DNA of 64,000 nucleotides from Candidatus Latescibacterota bacterium. GTDB lineage: Bacteria > Latescibacterota > UBA2968 > GCA-2709665. Below the pieces are notes generated by a model. That model had not been told where the DNA came from, ran no database searches, and saw nothing but the letters and a program-made list of their open reading frames with translations. Location: the NCBI GenBank assembly GCA_965203805.1, contig OZ241917.1, forward strand, positions 2,304,001 through 2,368,000, read 5' to 3'. Positions 1 to 9,795 of the stretch are shown here, piece by piece. The stretch's first letter is position 1. Every line of letters begins with the position of its first letter. A program made the translations under genes and the position numbers.

Positions 1-2
1 CG

Positions 3-893
3 AAATTGCAGCTCGACCATGTGGGTCGCCGCGTGCCCGCACGCTACCGGCCCTCGTTCGCTACGGGGCCGCTTGCGTATTTCTTCGACTCCGCGGGCTT
101 CAAGGGGGCGCAGGACGCGTCAAATCTCGAGGTATATTACGGGATTCCGGTTTGGGAGCTGTCCTTCTCGCCGGACCCAGGCAGTAAACCGGTGGCCAGA
201 CTGAAAAAGGGCGTGGCGCTTTACAACGATGCGAACGAGCGTGTGCTTCGGACAGACGGGGAGTTCGAACTGTTCTCGGAGACAGTGGCGGATACGGCCC
301 GGAAAGCGTACGTGCCGGAAATGTTCCGGGTTGAGGCGCCGCCCGGCAGATATCGGATGTCCGTCCAGGTCCTTGAAATCGACACGGGCAGATCGCAGGT
401 CTACGAGCAGCGGGTCGTGCTGCCGGCGTATCCACGCGGATATTTGAGGCTGAGCGGCATTCAGCTGGCCGCGTCTATCCAACCCGCGGAGGGGGATCGA
501 TTCCGCAAGGGAGACATCCAGGTCGTCCCCAATCCCACGCGGACGTACGAACGCGGGCAGTCGGTGTTTATATACTATGAAGTCTACAATCTGAAGCGTG
601 ACGAGTTCGGAACCACACGGTACCGGGTATCTTACGAAATGCGGTCGGCGCTCAGCGAATCGATTGGCGCTCGAATTCTGGGTGGCATCGGAAAGTTGAT
701 GAACGTCCGACAGAATACCCGCGCGTCGATTTCGATCGAATACGCCCATATTGGCAGTCGCGAAGACGACCAGGGATACGTGGAGCTGGACATGGCCGCT
801 TCCGACCCGGGAGAAAAGGTCCTGACGGTGACTGTATCGGACCAGGTGTCCGGGCAGACGACGGCGGGAACCACAAGATTGACCATCAGGTAG
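3..893 (+). CDS. C-terminal part of a probable GWxTD-domain-type protein (5' end outside window)
   Basis: Frame is open to the window edge. Beta-rich C-terminus with LSGIQLA...VVPNPTRTY...VFIYYEVYNL pattern, which I associate with GWxTD protein C-termini. The GWxTD motif itself is not in the window. Confidence 0.5.
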   Translation, partial: KLQLDHVGRRVPARYRPSFATGPLAYFFDSAGFKGAQDASNLEVYYGIPVWELSFSPDPGSKPVARLKKGVALYNDANERVLRTDGEFELFSETVADTARKAYVPEMFRVEAPPGRYRMSVQVLEIDTGRSQVYEQRVVLPAYPRGYLRLSGIQLAASIQPAEGDRFRKGDIQVVPNPTRTYERGQSVFIYYEVYNLKRDEFGTTRYRVSYEMRSALSESIGARILGGIGKLMNVRQNTRASISIEYAHIGSREDDQGYVELDMAASDPGEKVLTVTVSDQVSGQTTAGTTRLTIR

Positions 894-974
894 AATCGTC
901 AGCCCAGGGTCGCGCCAGACACAGAGGTGCGCCGAGGGCAAGATGCCCTCGCTCCCGGGGTAGCGGGATGACTT

Positions 975-3260
975 ATGAAGAGAAACCCTTCGATCTGGCT
1001 CGCCCTTGCACTTGTCACGGGTGCATGTGCCGGGGAAAGGGCCGAGGTTACGCTTTCCGGCGCCGTGGCTCGCCCCGGGAAGTACGCGCACCGGACCGAA
1101 TGGGCCGTGGCCGATTACGTAGAGGACGCCGGCGGATATACGCGGGAAGCCGTCGTGAACGAAGGAAAGTTGATCCGGGTACTGCGGGACAGCGTGACGA
1201 ACGAGGAGACAAAGCGGTCATGGTGGCCTCTGGTATCGTCGCCCCCCGTGGCCGCCGGGGACTTGATTCTTGTCCCGTTTCGGACCTACGCGGTGCGGAT
1301 GGACAGCGTGCGGCCCATTGAAGACCTGGCCATTCAGTGGCAGGAGAGGGAATACCGGGTTCCGAGAGGCTGGATGGCCGAAGGACGGACCAGCGCGGGC
1401 GTGATGGTTGTCTCCGTGATCGGCGTCGGGACGGTTGTTGGAAGCCGGGACGGCGAAGCCATGGGAAGGTTTCAGTACCTCTATCTGCATTTGCATCCCG
1501 ACGTGTATCACAAACTTGACCTGCCCGGCGAAAACCCGGTGAGAAACCGGCTGGTCCTGGAGGATGCCCTGGGCGTCCACCAGAGTATCTTCCCCGGACT
1601 TCGTCACCGCTCCGGCGAACGGGCCGAGATGCCGCCGGAGGGCCACCTGCGGGTACTGGCGGGCGTTTGGCCCAAGCCCCGAAGCAAGGCGTCGCCCGGT
1701 TCCGGCATGCGGAAACGGAAATACAAGGACGGACGTGAGTGGACGACGTTTCCCGACGGCAGGCAGCGAACGGTGTTCCCGGACGGACGCGTAGAAGTGG
1801 AATTTTCCGACGGGTCGCGTAAAATCCACCATGCCGACGGCCGTGTCGAGTCAACGGATGCGGGTGGAAACGCGCGGGTCACGCATCCCGATGGCAGGAT
1901 TTCCGCGGCGTTCGCCGACGGCAACCGGGAAGAACGGCTGATCGACGGACGTATCGTGCAACACTTCAAGACCGGAACGCGGCGAACGATCTTTCGGGAC
2001 GGCAAGGAGAAGACGCGATTTGCGGACGGCACCGTGCACGTCAAATACAGTGACGGAACCGTGGAGATGTCCTTCCCCGAGGGCGCGAGCGAAACGCGGC
2101 ATGCCGACGGCCGAATCACAGCGGTCACCCGCGACGGGCACCGGGTGACGGTATTTCCGAACGGCCGGCGGCTGACCCGGGCCGCGAACGGGACGGTACT
2201 TGAGGAATTCGCGGACGGGAGGCGCGTTCAGTCGGGCCCGGGCGGCGAGCGGGTGGAAGTGTTTATAGACGGGACCCGGCGAACGGCCATGAAAGACGGT
2301 GCTGCGGTCATCGAGAAGCCCGACGGCAGCCGCATCGAGCGCCATGCCGACGGGACGATCATAGAGATATATCCGGATGGGCGAAAGGTGCAAACCGACG
2401 TCGACGGAATCAGGTTGGAGACCCGTCCCGATGGAACGGAGATACAGACCGATACGGGAGGGAACCGGCTGGAGACATTTCCGGACGGACGGCGGACACA
2501 GACGGACGCCGAAGGCAATCGCGTTGAGGAATTTCCGGACGGGACACAGATCAAGACCTTCGCCGATGCCTACAGGTACTGGGGACCGTTAACGGACGAT
2601 CTGGTGGCGGTCGACGAAACACCCGGGCAGTTGGCGCCCGGAGGTCGTTTGCGCGTGTCCGGCGCCGTACACTCCGATACGCAGGACCTGATGGCGGCGG
2701 TCTTCCGGCTGCCCGACGGAAGCGTGTTCGAAGTTCCGGCCGAGCAGGAAAAGGGGCGTTTCGCTTGCGTGTTTCCCGAAAGCGTCTTCACGACGCCCGG
2801 GCATTACCGGTTACAGGTTCGGGCGCAACGTACCGGCGGGTCCGTGGTGACGGCCGACCGGGCGCTGGTCGTCGGGAATCCGCCGCCGCTCGAGAAGATG
2901 GTGCTTGCGGTCATGCCATTTCGGGGCGCTGACGATGCTCGGGAACGGTTCGAAAAAATGGTTCACGGTGTGCGCAGCCGCCTCGGATTGCCGGAGCTGG
3001 ATACCCACGCCCGGCTGGTCGAAATCGCCGGCGCGAAAATATGGGACGTCATGGCCAGCGACGCCTTCACGTCCGAGCCCGTCCACGCAGGCGAGGAGAG
3101 TTTCGCCCGAGGTCCGTCCGTTGAAGAGGTCTTTACGTTCCTGATGCTGAGCGGGGCTCACAGAAAGGGCATTCTGAATGAGGAATGGACGCGCTGGGGC
3201 GTGGCTGTACAGCAGGATGGAGATGACATCCTTGTGGTGATGGCTTTCGATACCGGGTAG
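975..3260 (+). CDS. Lipoprotein with SLBB-like N-domain, long xxDG beta-hairpin repeat (Tcp10/G-box-like), Ig-like domain and C-terminal CAP/SCP-like domain
   Basis: Signal peptide and lipobox (LVTGAC). SLBB-like VTLSGAVARPG...AGGYT. About 30 PDG/ADG turns at ~9-aa spacing. CAP-like C-terminus (RSRLGLPEL...SGAHRKGILNEEWTRWGVAV). Confidence 0.65.
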   Translation: MKRNPSIWLALALVTGACAGERAEVTLSGAVARPGKYAHRTEWAVADYVEDAGGYTREAVVNEGKLIRVLRDSVTNEETKRSWWPLVSSPPVAAGDLILVPFRTYAVRMDSVRPIEDLAIQWQEREYRVPRGWMAEGRTSAGVMVVSVIGVGTVVGSRDGEAMGRFQYLYLHLHPDVYHKLDLPGENPVRNRLVLEDALGVHQSIFPGLRHRSGERAEMPPEGHLRVLAGVWPKPRSKASPGSGMRKRKYKDGREWTTFPDGRQRTVFPDGRVEVEFSDGSRKIHHADGRVESTDAGGNARVTHPDGRISAAFADGNREERLIDGRIVQHFKTGTRRTIFRDGKEKTRFADGTVHVKYSDGTVEMSFPEGASETRHADGRITAVTRDGHRVTVFPNGRRLTRAANGTVLEEFADGRRVQSGPGGERVEVFIDGTRRTAMKDGAAVIEKPDGSRIERHADGTIIEIYPDGRKVQTDVDGIRLETRPDGTEIQTDTGGNRLETFPDGRRTQTDAEGNRVEEFPDGTQIKTFADAYRYWGPLTDDLVAVDETPGQLAPGGRLRVSGAVHSDTQDLMAAVFRLPDGSVFEVPAEQEKGRFACVFPESVFTTPGHYRLQVRAQRTGGSVVTADRALVVGNPPPLEKMVLAVMPFRGADDARERFEKMVHGVRSRLGLPELDTHARLVEIAGAKIWDVMASDAFTSEPVHAGEESFARGPSVEEVFTFLMLSGAHRKGILNEEWTRWGVAVQQDGDDILVVMAFDTG

Positions 3261-3284
3261 GCCGCGGGAAACGCGGGTAGGGGC

Positions 3285-3322
3285 ACGGCAAAGGCCGCCG
3301 TAAATCCGGCGGCCTTTGCCGT
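3285..3322. terminator. Perfect 16-bp hairpin between convergent genes
   Basis: acggcaaaggccgccg-taaatc-cggcggcctttgccgt. Confidence 0.65.
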
Positions 3323-3365
3323 TCGAGTCAACCACTACCCCGGTCGCACGACAGGCGCGGACCTG

Positions 3366-4448
3366 CTATTTGCGCCCGTATTGCAGAATGAAATCTTCCA
3401 CCATCTCCCGGGCCTCGTCGTCGCTGAACTGCTCGGGCGGGGTCTTCATAAAGTAGGAGGAAGGACCCATCAGCGGTCCCTTAAGGCCGTGTTCCAGGCC
3501 AAGTTTGCAGCAACGTACCGCGTCGATCACCACCCCCGCGGAATTGGGGGAATCCCAGACTTCGAGTTTCAGTTCAAGGTTGAGCGGAACGCCGCCGAAG
3601 GTTTCGCCTTCCATCCGGATGTGGCACCATTTCCTGTCTTCCAGCCACGGCACATGATCGCTGGGGCCGACGTGTACATTCGCTTCGCCCAGGTCGTAAT
3701 CAAGTTGGGACGTAACGGCGTTGGTCTTGCTGATCTTTTTGGATTCCAGCCTCGATCGTTCCAGCATGTTGTAGAAGTCGGTGTTCCCGCCAAAGTTCAA
3801 CTGGTAGGTGCGGGTCAGTTTTACGCCTCGTTCGCGGAAGAGCCGGGTGAGAACCCGGTGGGCGATGGTTGCCCCGACCTGCGATTTGATATCGTCTCCA
3901 ATGATGGGCAGGCCGCGTTTTTCGAAGCGCTCGGGCCAGTGCCCCGCGCTCGCAATAAACACGGGCACACAGTTGACAAAACCGCATCCGGCTTGAAGAA
4001 CCTGCTCGACGTACCACTTCGTGGCCTCTTCGCTGCCTACCGGCAGATAGTTGACAACGACATCGGTTCCGGTGGCTTTGAGGACCTCTGCCACGTCCAC
4101 GGTGCTCCCGTCGGCCTTATCGATGACTTCGCTGAGATACCGGCCGAGACCGTCGTGGGTCATGCCGCGCTGAACGGGCACGTCCAGATGAGGCACATCA
4201 GAGAATCTGACTGTATTATTGGGCTCGGTGAAGATCGCCTCGCTGAGGTCCTTCCCCACCTTGTTCCTGTCGATGTCGAACGCGGCGGAGAATTCGACGT
4301 CGCTGATGTGATAGCCGCCCAATTCGGGATGCATCAACCCGGGAATGAAGCTGTCTTCGGATGCATCTTTGTAATACCGGACACCCTGAACGAGAGAAGA
4401 TGCGCAGTTGCCGACGCCGACGATGGCAACACGGACTTTTCTTGCCAT
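3366..4448 (-). CDS. ino1: Inositol-3-phosphate synthase
   Basis: [41 protein letters not shown] and WDSPNSAG motifs. Confidence 0.95.
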   Translation of the reverse strand: MARKVRVAIVGVGNCASSLVQGVRYYKDASEDSFIPGLMHPELGGYHISDVEFSAAFDIDRNKVGKDLSEAIFTEPNNTVRFSDVPHLDVPVQRGMTHDGLGRYLSEVIDKADGSTVDVAEVLKATGTDVVVNYLPVGSEEATKWYVEQVLQAGCGFVNCVPVFIASAGHWPERFEKRGLPIIGDDIKSQVGATIAHRVLTRLFRERGVKLTRTYQLNFGGNTDFYNMLERSRLESKKISKTNAVTSQLDYDLGEANVHVGPSDHVPWLEDRKWCHIRMEGETFGGVPLNLELKLEVWDSPNSAGVVIDAVRCCKLGLEHGLKGPLMGPSSYFMKTPPEQFSDDEAREMVEDFILQYGRK

Positions 4449-4549
4449 TGGGAAACTCCTTTAAAGGGTAACGTCCCGCTGATATTGAAATAAACCGGCT
4501 GAAAAGATAGGCACTTTTATGTATTTGACAAATGAATAATTGCTATATT

Positions 4550-4572
4550 ATTTATAGAAGTTTTCTATAAAT
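4550..4572. promoter_or_regulatory. LysR-type operator (ATAG-N7-CTAT palindrome) in the AT-rich divergent promoter region
   Basis: atttatagaa-gtt-ttctataaat inverted repeat. A weaker second site (gataggcacttttat) near 4506-4520 and TTGACA at 4525. Confidence 0.6.
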
Positions 4573-4588
4573 ATGACATGCTAAGGGC

Positions 4589-4801
4589 GGTGAGACGCAA
4601 GACGGGAGACGGGAGATTAAGTGAGTGCCCTAAAAGCGGGGAGACGTTAGAGGTAAGACGGGAGAGATTGTCCGCCGCGTCCGGTTTCACTTTTCGCCGC
4701 AGGCAAAAAGGAAAAACCAAACGGGCAAAGATGTCATCTACCGTCTAACGTCTACCCTCTCACCGCTTTCAGGCTTTCATTCTACCGTCTACCGTCTCAC
4801 C
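4589..4801. repeat. Intergenic long hairpin built from heptamer repeats (GGAGACG / CGTCTAC type), REP/MITE-like
   Basis: ggtgagacg...cgtctcacc outer arms, aaagcgg/ccgcttt and gacgttaga/tctaacgtc inner arms. Confidence 0.55.
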
Positions 4802-4837
4802 GGTCTTGTTGCCTGGCTGTCCCAACAGGAGGCGTTT

Positions 4838-5800
4838 ATGAACCTGCAACACCTGAAGTATTTCCTTGCGGTTGCCCGCGAGGGCAGTTTCAGCAGGGCC
4901 GCGCGGGAACTGCACGTGACGCAGCCTACCGTCAGCAGCGGCGTGGCCGACCTGGAGCGGGCGCTTGGCGTGCGACTGTTCAACCGGGGCAACCGGCATG
5001 TCGGCTTGACGATGGAGGGAAGGACGCTTTCGAACTACGGAATGCAGATTCAGGATCTGGTGGAATCGACCGAAGACCGGATCCGGCGACGGGACGTACT
5101 TCCGGGTGAAGGATTTCAGTTCGGGGCGATCGACGCCGCCGTTACCTATCTGCTACCTGACATCCTGAAAGCGTACATGCGGGACTTTTCGAACGTAGCG
5201 CTCTCTGTCCAGGTCGCCCCCTCCCGGTACCTCGTGGACGATCTGTTGCTCAACCGATCCGAATTCGCGGTGATTTCGTTGCCGTTCGCCCATCCGAAAC
5301 TGGAAACGGTATCCATACATCGAGACTCCATGCCCCTGGTGGCAGGGGCCTCGCACAGGTTTTCGCTACGTTCGCCCGTGTCGCTGAAAGAGGTTGCGAA
5401 GGAGCCGTTGATTCTGTTTCACGCCGATTCTGTATCCAGAAAAATCGTAGACGAGCGATTTGCGGAGGCGGGCGTGTCACCGGGGGTGGTTATGGAAATG
5501 CGCAGCCCTGAAGCCATGCGGAAACTGGTTGAGGCGGGCGTCGGGATATCATTCTTGCCGCATCTCACGGTGCGGGATTCGGTGGACTCGGGGGCATTGG
5601 TGACCGTACCGGTGAAGGGCGTGCGATTCGGCCGCGAGATTGGCGTGGCCTGGCGGCAGGGGCGGTATTTCGGACCCGCGATCCGGCGCCTCCTGGACGC
5701 CATTTTCGAACGCTTCGGAGTGACAGCGGACGGGATGCGTGAAGACGCGCCGGAGGTTCAGGATTTCTCCCTCGTCACGTCTGTCGACATCAGCGCCTGA
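4838..5800 (+). CDS. LysR family transcriptional regulator
   Basis: N-terminal HTH (LKYFLAVAREGSFSRAARELHVTQPTVS) plus substrate-binding domain. RBS aggagg. Confidence 0.95.
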   Translation: MNLQHLKYFLAVAREGSFSRAARELHVTQPTVSSGVADLERALGVRLFNRGNRHVGLTMEGRTLSNYGMQIQDLVESTEDRIRRRDVLPGEGFQFGAIDAAVTYLLPDILKAYMRDFSNVALSVQVAPSRYLVDDLLLNRSEFAVISLPFAHPKLETVSIHRDSMPLVAGASHRFSLRSPVSLKEVAKEPLILFHADSVSRKIVDERFAEAGVSPGVVMEMRSPEAMRKLVEAGVGISFLPHLTVRDSVDSGALVTVPVKGVRFGREIGVAWRQGRYFGPAIRRLLDAIFERFGVTADGMREDAPEVQDFSLVTSVDISA

Positions 5801-6930
5801 TCGATCAGCGGGGGCAGGCCCAGTTTCGGTTCGATTTCATGCACCACGTTCAGATCGGCGCGTGTCTCCGGGTGTTTGGGCACGAAGACCGTACAACAAT
5901 CTTCATAGGGCTCGATTGAAATGTCGTAGGTGCCGATACGCCGGGCAAGATCGATGATTTCTTCTTTGTTGTCGCCGGAGAGCGGGCGCAGCACGGGAAG
6001 CGCCGTCACTTCCTCGATGGCGCGCATGTTTGACAGGGTCTGAGAGGCGACCTGACCGACGCTCTCGCCCGTAACGAGGGCCTGCGCGCCTTCCCGCTCG
6101 GCGATGGCTTCGGCGATGCGCAGCATGGCTCTGCGATAGAGGATCACGCGGTACCCGGGCGGCGCGTGGGTCATCACGCGCCGCTGGATCTCTACGAACG
6201 GTACCAGATACAGCGTGGATCGGTACTGATACCTCGTCAGCACGCGGACGAGCTCCTCGGTATTGCGCTGCGAGCTTCGGTTGGTATACGGCTGGCTGTG
6301 AAAGTGTACGAACGAAAGCCGAACGCCGCGCTTCATAGTCTTGTATGAAGCGACCGGCGAGTCGATTCCGGAAGACAGCAGGCTGACGGCCCGCTCGTTC
6401 GCGCCTACGGGAAGCCCTCCGGGGCCGGGCATTTTCCCGGTGTAGATAAACGCGCCCTGGTAAGATACTTCGATGTGACAGGTCAGGTCAGGGTCATTCA
6501 GCTTCACCTGCGCCCGCGAGAGGGACTGAACGTGGGCGCCGACGTCGCGGTTGATCTGCTCGGACGTAAGCGGAAAGCTCTTGTCGCCGCGACGGGCCGC
6601 GATCTTGAACGACCCGAAGTCCTTGCGCCTGACAACGTCCCACGTCCCTGCCCGTATGTGTTCGATGGCGGTGGGAACGCAAATGGCTTCGGAATAGTTC
6701 GCGATCCCGAACACATCGGCCAGACGCTCCCGGATGGCCCCGGTCTCCGCGTCCGGCGCGAGTTCCAGGACAATGCGACCCGAAAGACGGCGGACAGCTC
6801 CGCGCGGCAGACCTTTCAACGCTCGTGCGATATTGGTGACCAGTTGCTGTTCGAACCGGCCGCGGTTCCGGCCCTTCAGACCGATTTCGTGGTAATGGAT
6901 GAGGACAACGCGTTCGGACACGGCGTCCAT
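5758..6930 (-). CDS. thiI: tRNA 4-thiouridine(8) synthase ThiI (no rhodanese domain)
   Basis: HYHEIGLKGRNR, THUMP region, PP-loop SSGIDSPVA, GESVGQVASQT, EDCC. Start taken at MDAVSER. Confidence 0.93.
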   Translation of the reverse strand: MDAVSERVVLIHYHEIGLKGRNRGRFEQQLVTNIARALKGLPRGAVRRLSGRIVLELAPDAETGAIRERLADVFGIANYSEAICVPTAIEHIRAGTWDVVRRKDFGSFKIAARRGDKSFPLTSEQINRDVGAHVQSLSRAQVKLNDPDLTCHIEVSYQGAFIYTGKMPGPGGLPVGANERAVSLLSSGIDSPVASYKTMKRGVRLSFVHFHSQPYTNRSSQRNTEELVRVLTRYQYRSTLYLVPFVEIQRRVMTHAPPGYRVILYRRAMLRIAEAIAEREGAQALVTGESVGQVASQTLSNMRAIEEVTALPVLRPLSGDNKEEIIDLARRIGTYDISIEPYEDCCTVFVPKHPETRADLNVVHEIEPKLGLPPLIDQALMSTDVTREKS

Positions 6931-7024
6931 GGCGTCTTTCCGGTGAGTCGTTCGCGGCGAAACGGGCCGCATGATCCGGCCTGAGGCACGGCGGTGCGGG
7001 TCCGGTTCGGCCTTCGGCCGGCCC

Positions 7025-8134
7025 CTACATCTCGCGAAGAATCTGGTAGAGATTGTGCAGAAAAACGCGGTTGTCGCCGTCGACGTATACCATCTCGCCC
7101 CCCATTCGGCGGAAGGACTTGCAGAATCTGAGATAGTACGCCGGGTTTTCTTTCGGCGGTTCGCCCCTCGACCAGTCCCAGGTCACAGGTGACAGATCGT
7201 TGACAACGATGAACGGGTGTACAACGCGCCTGTGTTTCTGAATTCGAAGGTTGTTGGCCAGCGAAAGGGCTTTTTCGAAGACCTGCGGCGCCATGACGGC
7301 CGAGCCAACCGAGACAAACACGCCTCCGTCCAGATCGACGACACCCCGGGTGAACACCCGAAAGTCGATATCCGCGCCTCGCCCGATGGCCGCGCCGTTG
7401 GCGAGGTGGTGGTTGTGGATGATGTCATAACCGATGCCCGGATGAACGGTAAGCGGTACGCCCTGGCGGTAAGCACGCGCGGTGAGGGACGACTCCCTGA
7501 ACGGATGTTCGACACCGCAGCGGCCGGACGGGATGTCAAATCGCAATACGGCCTGGACCAGTTCTGCAAACGCCGGCATGGAGGGAGAATCCGCCGGTTC
7601 CCGGGTCCAATGGCGCAGCGCGGAGACCAGTTCGCTTCGGTCGGGGATGTCACAGCCGTTTTCGGAAATGAATTTTCCGAGGGATTCCCCGTAGCCCATA
7701 CCCTTCAGCGCGCCGGTTAGAACGGCCAGATGAATGTAGCGGCCGGTTTCCTCCCATGTGCCGAAACACCCCTCTGCGACGTTTGTCCGAACGTCTTCTT
7801 CCGATCGCCCGTGGAAGGCGTATTCCCAGTCGTGAATCGTGCCGGCGCCGTTGGTGGCCAGGTGGGTGATCCAGCCCGCCTCGATCATGCGGGTCACCAC
7901 CGGCCCCAGGCCGTTCTTGACCAAATGCGCGCCGTATGCCAGCATCACGGACGCGCCCCGTCGCCTGGCGAGGTGTATTTCCTCGGCAACGCGCACGACC
8001 CTGTCCGTCAGCGACCCGGCGTCGGGAGCGGGCGCGTCGGGGTCGACCATGATTTCGTCGATCGAGTACTTGCTGCCTCTCTCCGCCAGGGGTCTGAGGA
8101 CGACGTCGCGATGGTCGATCTGCGGGTAGGGCAT
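7025..8134 (-). CDS. Deoxyhypusine-synthase-like fold protein
   Basis: GAHLVKNGL, ATNGAGTIHDWE, TVHPGIGYDI and SVGSAVMAPQVFEKA motifs. Confidence 0.6.
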   Translation of the reverse strand: MPYPQIDHRDVVLRPLAERGSKYSIDEIMVDPDAPAPDAGSLTDRVVRVAEEIHLARRRGASVMLAYGAHLVKNGLGPVVTRMIEAGWITHLATNGAGTIHDWEYAFHGRSEEDVRTNVAEGCFGTWEETGRYIHLAVLTGALKGMGYGESLGKFISENGCDIPDRSELVSALRHWTREPADSPSMPAFAELVQAVLRFDIPSGRCGVEHPFRESSLTARAYRQGVPLTVHPGIGYDIIHNHHLANGAAIGRGADIDFRVFTRGVVDLDGGVFVSVGSAVMAPQVFEKALSLANNLRIQKHRRVVHPFIVVNDLSPVTWDWSRGEPPKENPAYYLRFCKSFRRMGGEMVYVDGDNRVFLHNLYQILREM

Positions 8135-8147
8135 AAAGCCGGCTTCC

Positions 8148-8573
8148 CTATTCGGCCACCCAGACCCGCTTGAGCGGGACGTCGGGGGATTCCAAGACGC
8201 CGCCGTAGATCGTCACGGCGGTAATTTTTCCGTTCTGCATCCGGCACATATGCACTTCGGTGGCGTCCAGATGTTTACCGTGCATCGCTTCGGGCAGCCC
8301 GGGAAGGGGCTGGTTTACGATACCCCTGAAGTGAAACTCCACGGCGGCCATGTCGTGGTCTGCGACGACATTGAGAATATTGAGCCGCATGTCCCGTTCT
8401 TCCTCGTGACAGTCCTGCCAGAGCGCCACCAGGTTATCCGCACCCCGAATGTTGAGTGCGCCGCCGACCATGGTCGCGTCGTCGGCGTAGGTTTCGCGAA
8501 GTCGCTTCCAGTCACAGGCAAAGGCGGCTTCGAGGGACTCCCGGGCAGTTCGTGCGTTGATCTCGGCGGACAT
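8148..8573 (-). CDS. SnoaL-like / NTF2-fold protein (ester cyclase family)
   Basis: 141 aa with NTF2 pattern (YADDA...IRG...NGKI). Confidence 0.7.
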   Translation of the reverse strand: MSAEINARTARESLEAAFACDWKRLRETYADDATMVGGALNIRGADNLVALWQDCHEEERDMRLNILNVVADHDMAAVEFHFRGIVNQPLPGLPEAMHGKHLDATEVHMCRMQNGKITAVTIYGGVLESPDVPLKRVWVAE

Positions 8574-8612
8574 TGGCGTCTCCCTTCGTTATTTCAGATC
8601 GTGGTCGTCTCT

Positions 8613-9395
8613 CTATTCCTCGCCGGTTCGGTACTGTTCCAGATTTCCCCTGTATTCAAGGCCGAGAATATCCCGGGACCGCGCGACGTTGCAGGTTCTG
8701 TCGGCCCCGGGCGTACCCACGATGTGGAAAATGTCGAATTCGATGGACGCGGACTCCAGGCTGAGGCGGCAGGCTTCGGCCAGGTCGTGCCGGCAGACCC
8801 AGCCCTGTCGGTAAGGACGTTCTTCCGTACCCAGTTCTTCTCTGTACCGGCCGATGCCGAGTCTGCTGTCGACAATGTAGTCCGGCCGGAGTACGATAAT
8901 GCGGAGACCGAACGCGTCGTGGAACTGCCGGCACATTTCTTCCTGAAGGCGTTTCGTGACGCCGTAAAGGCCGCCGTCGGGCCGCCTGACGTCGGCCGTA
9001 AAGAAAATCCCTTTGGGATGGGCCGTCTGACACGAGCCGATGTGCACGACCCGCCCGATTCCGTGCCGCCGGGCGGATTCCAGCACGTTCCATAGGCCCT
9101 TGATGTTGATGAGAAAGGGCTTCCGGTCGTCGACGCCGTGAGAACCCGGCTCGTCCGAATGGTACACCGCCATGTGCAGGACCGCGTCCATGCCCTCGAT
9201 GGCACTGTGGACGGCTTCAAAATCCACGATGTCTCCATGTACGACCTCACCGCCCGTCCAATCTCCGTCGGTACTCTGCCACGCACGCCACGCCTCCGGG
9301 CCGTAGTCGAACGCCCGGATTCGATGGTTCTCCTCAAGAGCGGCCAGCGCCGCCCGTCCGAGCCAACCGGCCGCGCCGAATACGACAATGTTCAT
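8613..9395 (-). CDS. NAD-dependent epimerase/dehydratase (extended SDR)
   Basis: GAAGWLG Rossmann motif, GDI, HMA, catalytic YGVTK. Confidence 0.88.
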   Translation of the reverse strand: MNIVVFGAAGWLGRAALAALEENHRIRAFDYGPEAWRAWQSTDGDWTGGEVVHGDIVDFEAVHSAIEGMDAVLHMAVYHSDEPGSHGVDDRKPFLINIKGLWNVLESARRHGIGRVVHIGSCQTAHPKGIFFTADVRRPDGGLYGVTKRLQEEMCRQFHDAFGLRIIVLRPDYIVDSRLGIGRYREELGTEERPYRQGWVCRHDLAEACRLSLESASIEFDIFHIVGTPGADRTCNVARSRDILGLEYRGNLEQYRTGEE

Positions 9396-9576
9396 AGTAC
9401 CTCCCCGCATCTAACCCTAAATCGAAACAAAGACAATCGTTAAAATCGGCCACAAAAAGCACAAAGGGTATCACTGCGAAACGACCGCCATCGTGTTGCG
9501 AGTTTCGCGGCGATTAAGCAATTGACAAGAGCACTGCCATCCAGGTCAGAAACCGATCTTGGACAGATGTGAACGA

Positions 9577-9678
9577 CCACAATATAACGCAATACCCGTA
9601 CTGCCGAAACCATCTTGTTTGTGGATTTTTCGAATCAAAAAAACGAACGCCCCGAAAAACGTCGCCGGGGCGTCTCGC
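9577..9678. repeat. ~100-bp direct repeat, copy 1 (includes a terminator-like hairpin for the helicase gene)
   Basis: About 90% identical by manual alignment to 13932-14036. Minus strand reads acgccccgg...tcggggcgt then ttcgttttttt. Confidence 0.85.
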
Positions 9679-9795
9679 AATCTCTCGACTTGAGGCGTCA
9701 ACTACCTTATTGCCAGGTCCGATCAATATAGGAGGCGCTCGAATCGGACGCCCGTCGGCCAAAAGCCCAGACATCCTGCGGGATTTTCGTCATTA

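Noticed and set aside
1725-2565. DNA-level periodicity (gacgg) as a tandem repeat array
   Set aside because: Explained by protein xxDG repeats with variable codons
3381-4493. Long antisense ORFs (e.g. 3381-4493, 34210-35832, 46439-48322, 50369-52021, 52695-54257, 56473-58464)
   Set aside because: Shadows of well-supported genes on the opposite strand, expected in high-GC DNA; no recognisable motifs
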